64,000 bases of DNA from Selaginella moellendorffii (taxonomy: Eukaryota; Plantae; Lycopodiophyta), in the NCBI RefSeq assembly GCF_000143415.4, contig NW_003314306.1, positions 1,245,129-1,309,128 of the forward strand, given 5' to 3'. A program made the translations under genes and the position numbers. The notes under the pieces were generated by a model, which made no database searches, was not told the origin of the DNA, and was given only the letters and a program-made list of their open reading frames with translations. Every line of letters begins with the position of its first letter. The first letter of the stretch is position 1. Shown in pieces: positions 1 through 10,058 of this stretch.

Positions 1-990
1 GGTGCAGTCATTGATTTAATAAATTAAACTTTACTTCAGGATATTGACAAATGCTAATGGCTAAAGAGGATGTTGCTAATATTACTTTTTGTACACTATT
101 TGGTTTTTATAAATTTTTGGTAATGCCATTTGGTTTGAACAATGCTTTAGCTACTTTTCAATAGATAATGAATAAAATTCTTTATGATATGCCCAAGGTG
201 ACTATTAACTTTATTAATGATCTTTGATCCACTCAAAGGGGACATAGGAATAGCACATTCATGATGTTTGCAAAGTGTTGGATTGATTGCAAAAAGTTGG
301 TTAGAAGCTTAAAGCAGTTAAAATGCATAATTAAATTCAAGGACATGAGTTATCTTGGGTATTGTATTTTTTATAAAAGTTTACAAGTTGATCATAACAA
401 ATTTATGGCTATTTTGAAATTCCTTACTTTAAAGTATGTGAATGATGTGCAACACTTACTCAATAGGTGCAATATCTTGGTTGTTTTATTGATTACTTTT
501 TTTATTGTACTACATTATTATAAATGTTGTTGAATTCATTAATATCATCTTTCATTTAGTCTGAGAATTAAAAACAAAAATTTGTGGATCTCAAAGAGTT
601 GTTCAAGAACCCTTTAGTTTTAGCATATGTTAATTATACTCAACCTTTCATTTTGTGCATAAATTCTTTTAATATTGGTCTTGGGGTGTGCTAATGCAAG
701 AAATCACAAATATATTTGTTTAGCTTCATCTTATTATATACATTAGTTATACATTACAATTAGTAGAGGTGAACTACTCACAACAAAGAAAAAATGTAAT
801 TTAAGGTTTTAAGAAGTTTTATGTGTACTTGCATGGTTCTTAGATATTACTAAAAGGTGTGGTTACTTCATTATTGAAACAATTAAATTTTATTAATTGT
901 ACTATTTAGTGGTTGAAGTTTCAAATATATAATTTTGTGGTTGTTCACCACCCAAGGAGTTTTATAACTGATGTTGACACCCTTTTTTGA
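1..990 (+). mobile_element. Decayed Ty3/gypsy reverse transcriptase-RNase H fragment
   Basis: Interrupted translation gives SGY*Q..MAKEDVANITFCTLFGFYKFLVMPFGLNNALATFQ, a degenerate YxDD-like FINDL, and RNase H-like IGLG..MQE. Many stops, very AT-rich. Confidence 0.85.
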
Positions 991-1429
991 GTTTCTCTCC
1001 CTTTCTTACTCTATTTTCATATTCCTAATAAATTTGTTATTCTAGCATTAATGGATTTTCTAAATGAGGATTCCATAATATTAATAATTGTTGTACTTAA
1101 TGTTCAATGTCTATAAGGTGTGAAGAAAGATTTACCTTCTTTTATCAAGGTTCATGAGGCTCAAAAAGCTAAATTATATATCCAAAGGCCTTGTGTTAGG
1201 CTTATCAATCTTGCATCACTTATAAATGACTTGCCATATTATTATTTATATTTTCAATATCACTTCAAGGGAGACTTTCTTTACTTTATCAAGATTAACC
1301 TTGATGAATAGAAAAATAAAAATAAGAGAGCTATGATAAACATAAAGAAAGCATGGAATATAGATTAAAAGCACCACTAAAAATAGGTATATAATGCATA
1401 TGAAAGCTGTAAATGTTTCTTTGTCAAAT

Positions 1430-2130
1430 TGCTAATTTACTTTATTTATTTAACAAACTTTTACGTTAGTCATAGCTAAATTCCCTTGCCAAAGTCCACT
1501 CATATTATATCAAATCCTACTTATTTTTACTTTACTTCAACAATTGCATAAACAATGAAATGTTATCCCTCTCTTCATGAATTCCCAACTTTCTTCTCCA
1601 ATCCCTCTCCTTGGGATAAATTGGACTTAAAGTTCAGTTATACTCTTTACAAGTACAAACAGTTAAACACACTAAGCTTCCAAACTTTTAACATCCTTTG
1701 ATATAACAAGATTTATTCATAAAACTCTTTAATTAAATACATCTTCTACCATGGTTTAATAGTCCAATATAAATATCTTAATTTCCCACCTCTATCCCAA
1801 AGGCAAGGTGTAAGCCTCAAGTACTCAAGTAGGGTTTCATTATTGATTTTTTCTTCTGGGAGTAGGAGTTGCTTTTAAATATGTCTTTGAGGGGCCTCTT
1901 TAGCACCTCTCAAACTAATGCTCACTCCTATCTAAGGCTACTAACCTAACCCAATATAGTTTAGAAACACTACTAAAAAATTCTTTTAAGACTAGGTCTT
2001 TAGCTTCACTCTCTTTATCATACTTTTGGAACCCTCTATACCCAACCCCCTGGGAAATAAACATTTTATGCTTTCACTCCATGACTTGTATTAGTATTTG
2101 TACTTAGTATTGGACTCAATTTCGATTTAA
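1430..2130 (-). repeat. Dispersed repeat (retroelement-derived), copy 1
   Basis: Reverse complement shares AAAAGCAACTCC(T/C)ACTC and AATACTAATACAAG blocks with 13800-15270. The AATACTAATACAAG block also recurs near 62560. Confidence 0.6.
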
Positions 2131-2629
2131 ACTCTTTATCATTTTAATCATAATTTTAAGATTCTTTAGCCTGTAGGATTCATTAAGTTTTTTCAATATG
2201 GGTATTAAACTTCTTCTATGAGTGGTGAAATTATAAGGAACAAAATCCCTAAGCTTGTTAACCATGGGTCTAAAGCATCCCCAACAGTGTGCCTAAGTCA
2301 AGCTTCCCAATTAAAAACCCATGACAACGAAATTTAAATCACCTCGCTTTAGTATCCCTTAGATACTAGGGAGTTAGGACTTGAAACTAACTTTTGCAAA
2401 ATATGTTTATAGATTTGACATCCTTTTATAGGATCGAACATAACTTCTTACACCTGGTCAACTTAATTAATGTAAGGACTCTGATCTCTATCATACTCTT
2501 TGCATTGAATGAACAAGACAAATGAGGAATCAAAAGGAATTGATAGCTAGCAAGTAGGGAATGGAATAAGAGGGATGAAGAGAGAGAAAGAAAGAGTACA
2601 GAGAAAATAATAACCTTCCCTAAGCTTGT

Positions 2630-4680
2630 GTCATCCCTCCTTATATCTAATGTGAGGATTAAGCCTTTAACAAGTCATCCCTCAAAAACTTTGGTCCTCC
2701 AAAGTTGTTACTTTCCTACCAAGGTTTTAAAGTTGTTCATTTGTCACCCAAGTACATTTGTTATCATCAAAGCCTTCTCAGTATATCCTATGATGACAAA
2801 GAGCCTGGTTACAAAGCTTTTACTTCTACATTTCAATGACCTTTTCTTGCCACATGAGAACTTATCTATCCTTGCTTACTAGCTGATTTGGAATTTGGAT
2901 TAAATGCAGCTGCCCTGAGGTCAGCCACATGGAAAATGTCATAAAGCTTTGTTCCTAGCAGGAGTTTGACACAATAAGCCAACTCATTAAATGCCTGAAC
3001 TACCTATAATGGACCAAAGAATTGAGGCTAAAGCTTCTCCTCCCCAAGGTATATCTCTCGAGCTTGAACTTTACGTAGACATAGTCCCTAATTGAGAATT
3101 GTTTGGATGAGTGATGTTGATTATAGAAAAATTGTATAGACACTTGAGCAGATTCCAACCTTTACTTTGTTAATTGCTAATTGCTAGATTTCATGTATTC
3201 CTTACAAATGTTCCTCAACATCTAGAGGTAGTGAGCCATCCATTACCATAGCTAGCAAAGAGAACTATTGTTTATATAGTTTTTGGAACAAAGATATTCC
3301 CAAGGACATATATTGTGTAGAATTATAAGCAAATTCTTCAAACAATAGCCATTTCACTTAGCTGCCTAGCTTGTCTAGAGTGTCCCTTGAGGAAGGTTTG
3401 TAGCCCTTCATACCGGGAAACCACTCTTGCAGCAACCATAGCGAGTTGAATCCAACCATTCTCTAACAAATCAATATGGTGCCAAACTTGGACTCCATAA
3501 AGCTAGACCTTTCCAAAATCTAATGGTAGCAGGTTTGGTAGAGGGTTGCAGGCTTAGCATACACATGTGGATCTTTGTGAAAGCAAGTGAAACACTTTTG
3601 TGAATATGAAACTTTGATTATAAACGAAGTTATGGATAAGTTTTTCCATGCATGCCCATAACTTTTTTTGCATGCCATATATAAAAATCCAATCCCACAT
3701 CATTAGGGAGTCCAACTCAAACATTTGCCACATAAGTATAGTCACATGTTTTAGGGCTTTTAGGCCACACAATAGAGAACCATGATTTATGTGTATTCAC
3801 AATACACTCTTGATTAGCAATTGGTATTAGCTCAGCACAATGTCATAAATGAGATTGATTAGGAAACATTTTTGCTGTGTGGGAGCTTGTTTTCTGCAAG
3901 GCTTTGTCATAAAGAGTGTCCACCTCCTTATAAGGGGCCTCTAGCTTCTTATGTAGAGTGTCACTTGAGACCTAGATGTAGGGTGCCTCCACCACCATAT
4001 ATGAAGCTTGGTTAGTACCACCTCATCCACCTTTGAAGCTCTTCACATGATGGGTCCTTGTGTTGAGCCTCATTATTTGTTGTATCAATTGTCACAAATG
4101 TGATTGTGGGTATCGAAAGTTACTTATCAGCTAATTCTTTCAGATATTCTTTCTTTACTACCACGACGGCAAGAGGTCCGTATTGTTGGACCCTTTATCA
4201 GTCTTTGCCTAAGCTAGTTGAGAAACTAGTCATCACATATACACTTAGACGGAAAGGGCTTTAAAGAAGGAAATCCTAAGCTGCCATTTAGTTAAGTATA
4301 CTTGACACGGTGATGAGAAATTTATGTTGTTGACTTGCACTTGCTAGTATTGAGAACCCCTGTGATATTAAGTTTAGTCCCTCAATATTCACTAAATCAT
4401 AGCTTACCGTGTCTACCAAACACTCTTGCTATCATGCCCTTGCATTGGTCATGTTCAATCCCAATTGCTATTTATGGAAAGTGTTTAGAGTTGCTAATTT
4501 GGTATATCTACGAAATGTAGAAATTGTCTTCAATACAATGGTGTTAGTCATGTGTCCAAATTTGCAATCTAGTGTTATTCTATATTTAGTAAGTTTCAAG
4601 CTTGTCCTAGAGAGTAATTTTTGGTACTACAGGTGGATACGGGTGAAAGCCCAAAGCGTGTGTTCCTCAAGAGGAAAGGG
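2630..4680 (-). mobile_element. Decayed chromovirus-type gypsy pol remnant (integrase C-terminus, chromodomain, PPT)
   Basis: Minus strand reads KL*PQFFGPL*VVQAFNELAYCVKL..DIFHVADL (GPY/F region, ~2920-3040) and IY*EGFDDNKCTWVTNEQL (chromodomain-like, ~2730-2790). Purine tract AAGGAGGGA followed by TGACAC at ~2640. Confidence 0.7.
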
Positions 4681-4684
4681 GGGG

Positions 4685-4784
4685 NNNNNNNNNNNNNNNN
4701 NNNNNNNNNNNNNNNNNNNNNNNNNNNNNNNNNNNNNNNNNNNNNNNNNNNNNNNNNNNNNNNNNNNNNNNNNNNNNNNNNNNN
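4685..4784. other. Assembly gap (100 N)
   Basis: Run of N. Confidence 1.
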
Positions 4785-4789
4785 TGGTG

Positions 4790-5760
4790 TTTCGTATAAT
4801 AAGGATAGTGAGTAGCTCGAGCATAGTTGACCAACCTATAGTCTAGCTCCCACTTGCGTGCTTATCTTTGTTTTGCATCCGACTTAGGTCTAAAGTTCCA
4901 CACCATGTTAACTAGTGCACTACCCATATCCTTTTGTTAAGCTACCAGTATGCTAAAATAGCGCCAAACTCTATTTGGCTCTGTTTTACATACTGCTCCT
5001 GGCATTAGGATGCTGTAAACAACCACAGAAAACGACTTAAGAGACGGTCTATGGGGTTCAAATATAGAGGGAAAGGGCCCATGAATAAGAGTGCACCCCT
5101 TTTTCCAATCGGTTAAGGGTCTTGGAATACTTGTCCTTAGGTTTGAATACTGTACATTTACTGAACTCAATCCTTTAATGAAATATTGCACCTTTAGTAG
5201 CTCATTATAGGTGACTTGAGATTAAGGCAAAGATCATAGAACTTGCGGGCATACGTATCCAAAGACAAAGCCCCTTGCCGGATCTCTAATAGCTGGTTCA
5301 CAAGATCAACCTCTTCAAACTTCTTAACAAATGAAGCATAGAAAACCTTTGTCAAATTAATCCAAGAAGTCAGCTTTGGATTAGCTTTGATGTAGTTCTT
5401 CCACCACGAATAAGCATGGCCCATAAGCTTCGTCACAAAAAAATCTATCTTCAACTTATCCTCACAAGGATTGTGAGACTAACAAATTTCCCACAATTCC
5501 AACCAAAAATCAACTTCTTGACTATCACAAACATTTAGTGATGATTTCCATTCCACAATACCATAATCCTTGGCATGCTTGACATACCAATAGTAATCAC
5601 GAACATGAAATCGATTTAACCCTTGAGGTCTATGTGAAGCAAAAAATCCTTAATGAGATTGACAGAATCCTTAACTTCCTTGATCAACTAGTACAACTAA
5701 CAATGCCTTGGCTCATCTGAAAATAACTCAAACTGTTAATCATTGTGGTGCCATGAAAAC
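4790..5760 (-). mobile_element. Retrotransposon gag remnant
   Basis: ORF 5194-5454 KLMGHAYSWW...SWINLTKVFYASF...LLEIRQGALSLDTYARKF is typical Retrotrans_gag. Confidence 0.8.
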
Positions 5761-5845
5761 AAATACCTCAAACAACTGTTGTAAGAAAGTCAAGCAGATT
5801 ATAAAAGGTAGTGTTTGTGTCCTGTCACGAAAGGTAACTATATTC

Positions 5846-6760
5846 AGTTGTGTTCTTTGCTGGAACATGGATTCTCACTTGGAACTGGTGGAAAGGAAAA
5901 GACTTTGTAGATGCGCCATATGTGGGTTCCATTTCAGCTGAATTTGGCCTCAAACCAACCAGCATTCAGTACGGAAAGCATCCAGAGATTCAAGGTGAGT
6001 TGATTCAGTCTTAGAGAAATTAGGCCTATCACTGGTGATTTGTGTAGAGATTATTCCGAAGCAGTCCAAAGGAAGGAAGGAAGGTGGGAGTGTTTGTTTG
6101 CAATGCAGGAAAGTGTGGGAGTACTTTGTCAAGCTCACAAACTCAAATACTTTCATCCTCTCAATTTTGAACTGTAATGTGTGATCTTGCTTGCAGGATT
6201 TTATATTGTCGATCAATATTTGGCTTGTAAAATGGAGTGCGACTTACACTGGAAAAATACCAGCAACTTATTCCATGAGCGAGATGAAACCCTTTGGAGA
6301 AAGCTTTGTAAGTGTTGTGGCCTTGTGGAAAGATGTAATAACGATGGATAACTCCCACAAGAAGCATACAACCAAAGAAAGACACCAAGATCATTGCAGC
6401 ACATAGTTTGTAGCCCCGAGTTCTCAAGATGCCTCTAACTTGCTTCTTGATCTTACTGATGGCTTGTATTGATGAAGGCTTGGGACACACTGATGCTATT
6501 GTTTCTTCCAACAAACTTGACAATACCTAGATTTTCATTGATGTAGACCCCATTGTTTAGCTTCTTGGTTCTCTCGTGAGTAACATAAGCTTGAATGTTA
6601 ATTTTGTAGTCTGGTGATCGAAGGTCCCCACATGCATAACATTGACTATTTGCATATGTAAGTGTATCAAATTGTTCTTCATATGCACACTTGGATTATA
6701 ATAGCACCCTTTCTATTTATCAAGGATCTTCTCCATAAGGTCCAAACAAACAAAGAAGAA
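5846..6760. pseudogene. Scrambled fragment of a ferric reduction oxidase (FRO) gene
   Basis: Three blocks homologous to the FRO copy at 23.2-24.2 kb: C-terminal block on + (5846-6250, ends FHPLNFEL*), middle block on - (6258-6607), and EGPH..IAPFL..KDLLHKVQ block on + (6622-6755). Confidence 0.85.
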
Positions 6761-7580
6761 ATATGAAAGACACAGAAGCAAAACAATGGTGGATGACTCT
6801 CACTTTGATATATCATAATGCATATACATGATCAATAGTCGTGACTATCCTACATCTAGATCAGTGATGTGGCACTCATGTCACATCGACTCTCATGTCA
6901 TGGAGATTAACATGATCTCATAATGACATGAATATGAGATCACTCTCCCTTTGCATCTAAGCACTCTCATGTCCATGACAGGAAATCTGTCTCCCTCTCA
7001 AACCCTTTAGTTCTGCCTCTCTGGAATCCATGACTCTCTGCCTCCTAAATCGTCCCATGGCTGCTAGATCTCCCTCTCAGGAAACATCTATTCAAAGCAT
7101 AGCAAGGATGGATTAGGGAATACCTCAGTCCTACCAGAACCCTAATGGCTCTCTCCCTCTCCTTTGCAGCATAGTGCCTTAGGAATACTTAGCACTTAGC
7201 CCTCTTTGACACCAACCACAAGAATATTTTAAGAATATTCCATGGCCTGTGGGATGGGTTGGGGGGTTGGCCAAGGGTTCACTCTCTTGTTCATTTCATT
7301 GGTATCGGAGCAGCACGTTCTTTTGGGGATGGCGGGTGAGCAAGATATTGATCCTGATGAAGAGTATGGTGTTAGTGATAATGGCCATAACAATGCGGAA
7401 TAGACTCTTGATAATGTCATTATGTGGCAAGGATACTAGGTTTTTGAGGTTCAGAGTGACATAAGCAGAGCTCAAGATTTACATAATGTCAGAACTGTAG
7501 TATTTCGAGTGCTAGTACTTTGAAATATGAATTTGCTAGTTCTTGATTATAACAAGGATTTTTAGATGCTGCATTGCATA

Positions 7581-8653
7581 CTAAAGCTGCTGGACGAAGG
7601 CTTGACTCCTCAGAGCTTTAAGGAAAGATCGGTTGAAATAAAGCAATGTTTCTTAAGAAAGTTACATAAATTACTGATTTACTGCTGAATTTCGGGGGAT
7701 CACGAGGGAACGATATGTCCGATAGGATATTGCATTTCCCACGCTCCAGTCTCATGTAACCTCCTTCTCCCCAGCTCCTACCCCACCAGTTTTTGAGAAT
7801 CCAATACTCGACCCCATGTTGTGTCCGTCCATAGCCGACTATGAGTACAGGAAGGCTGGCCTTCGAATCAGAGCAGGGGCCTGAATATATGCCCTGCACA
7901 CGCGCAAAGAGTTTGCTATCAAATGCCCACATCCAGGAGACGTAACTTACTCCAGCATATGAATCAAATTCAGAAGCACTACCATCAATTCGAGCAATCA
8001 CCGGCTGCTTTGACACGGCCTCTACCAAGAAACTATCACTCGTTCCCGGCACAGTTCCGATTTGAGACATGGAAACATCATTAGTCTGTAAGGATAAGTT
8101 CAAAACGGTCAGTGCGACTTAAAACAACACATGACATACGAATGGCTTGCAGGAACTTTTAACGCCCGTATACGGGTACTTCGAGTCAGTAGTAATCCCA
8201 TGCAGGCGAATGTAGTTGAGCGCATGGTAAGGATCTGCAGTACCCTTCTCATTGCATCCGCTGTTGTATGTGTTGCAATCGATCAGTTGCTGTGGTGAGA
8301 GCACCACCATCCTTCCGGTTTGTATCGCTTTGAAACTCTCCACTGCACCTGCTGCTGCAAATGCCCATGACCCACCTGCAAAACTTGTGAGTAAGATATT
8401 GTCTTATCAAGTGAGTGACAAACAAAACCTTTGCAGCTTTTGCGAAGATCCACATCCCAGACTCTAGAAACAGCTCCAGATTCCCTCCAGTCGACTGAAT
8501 TGCTGAAGCTCGCCTCTTGAGACAATGCCTGTAAATTGAACTTGGGGCCCAAGTTTGCATGTTAGCGGGTGCACTGATCAGTACCTGGATCCAGATCAAC
8601 GACATTGTGAAGAAAAGAAGAAAGGAGAGTTGCAGTGGAGAAAAATATGCCAT
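7581..8653 (-). CDS. Secreted papain-family (C1A) protease-like protein, prodomain-less and predicted catalytically inactive
   Basis: Spliced model: exon 8653-8585 (signal peptide MAYFSPLQLSFLLFFTMSLIWIQ), 8528-8429, 8375-8140, 8085 onward, with GT-AG introns. Motifs VDWR, SWAF, LSPQQLIDC, YPY, QPV, VGYG, YWILKNWWGRSWGEGGYMRL. The last small exon is tentative (unspliced stop at 7618). Confidence 0.85.
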
Positions 8654-8736
8654 TTTGATTGTTGTCCGACCTACACAAAAAGTTCTTCCCATTTGTACCA
8701 CCCACGTCATTTTCATGATATATGTATTTTAATGGA

Positions 8737-10010
8737 GGCATGCTTCTCTCACTCTTACCTTTTATACTTCATACTTCACGTGGTTTACAATTAGGCTGTC
8801 TTCTAAACACATGTTTGCAGTGGAGAAAAAGACACTTCTACTTAAAAATGATATAAGAGATTATCTTACATTTGCGCGTTTCTAGGTTAGCATTAAACAA
8901 GCTATGTATGTTAATAGACATCCACTGCGTTTCTCATACTCTTACGTGTAGATGTAGGCTGCTGTCTGAGCTGGGATTGACACACACCAAGATTTTGAAA
9001 ATGAAGTGGTGTACATGCTTACAATAAAATGCATATGGAAATGGGCTCTTATTCATACTTATTAACTTCGATTTACTTGCCTCGATCTGGTTTCAGGCTT
9101 CTTGGTGGCCGATTCATCTCCAAGGACTACAAGAAATTGAAAAGTTTGTATGTAGTTTTCTTTGGACTACCGATCAGATTAGAGTTAAATGTAGAAACAT
9201 CAGGTGTAGAGCACGTGGTTTACAATTAGAATTCATATATCAAAAACAAATCCTTACAAGATTCTATCTATTCACTTTTTTTTTTCATCTAACATTAGAT
9301 GTTTTACTATTTAAATGGTTGGCATTTGAATATAAGATAACTTTCTTTCACATTGCAATATAAATCCGGCATGCTTCTCTCACTCTTACCTTTTATACTT
9401 CATACTTCACGTGGTTTACAATTAGGCTGTCTTCTAAACACATGTTTGCAGTGGAGAAAAAGACACTTCTACTTAAAAATGATATAAGAGATTATCTTAC
9501 ATTTGCGCGTTTCTCACGACGACTCTAGGTTAGCATTAAACAAGCTATGTATGTTAATAGACATCCACTGCGTTTCTCATACTCTTACGTGTAGATGTAG
9601 GCTGCTGTCTGAGCTGGGATTGACACACACCAAGATTTTGAAAATGAAGTGGTGTACATGCTTACAATAAAATGCATATGGAAATGGGCTCTTATTCATA
9701 CTTATTAACTTCGATTTACTTGCCTCGATCTGGTTTCAGGCTTCTTGGTGGCCGATTCATCTCCAAGGACTACAAGAAATTGAAAAGTTTGTATGTAGTT
9801 TTCTTTGGACTACCGATCAGATTAGAGTTAAATGTAGAAACATCAGGTGTAGAGCACGTGGTTTACAATTAGAATTCATATATCAAAAACAAATCCTTAC
9901 AAGATTCTATCTATTCACTTTTTTTTTTCATCTAACATTAGATGTTTTACTATTTAAATGGTTGGCATTTGAATATAAGATAACTTTCTTTCACATTGCA
10001 ATATAAATCC
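8737..10010. repeat. Near-perfect tandem duplication (631 bp + 643 bp) of the intergenic/bidirectional promoter
   Basis: Unit 1 is 8737-9367 and unit 2 is 9368-10010. They appear identical apart from a 12-nt insertion (CACGACGACTCT) in unit 2. Each has two CACGTGGTTTACAATTAG motifs and ends in TATAAATCC. Confidence 0.95.
10002..10008 (+). promoter_or_regulatory. Putative TATA box of the jacalin-extensin gene
   Basis: TATAAAT about 50 nt upstream of ATG 10059. Confidence 0.55.
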
Positions 10011-10058
10011 GCGTACACCAGACTGAGGAGCAGGGGACTTAATTTACCTCATTTAGCA

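Noticed and set aside
5846-6760. Retrocopy with twin-priming inversion as the origin of the FRO fragment
   Set aside because: An intron is retained, there is no poly(A), and the block order does not fit twin priming.
9029-9872. Identical 66-aa ORFs at 9029 and 9672
   Set aside because: By-product of the promoter duplication. No recognisable motifs or coding features.
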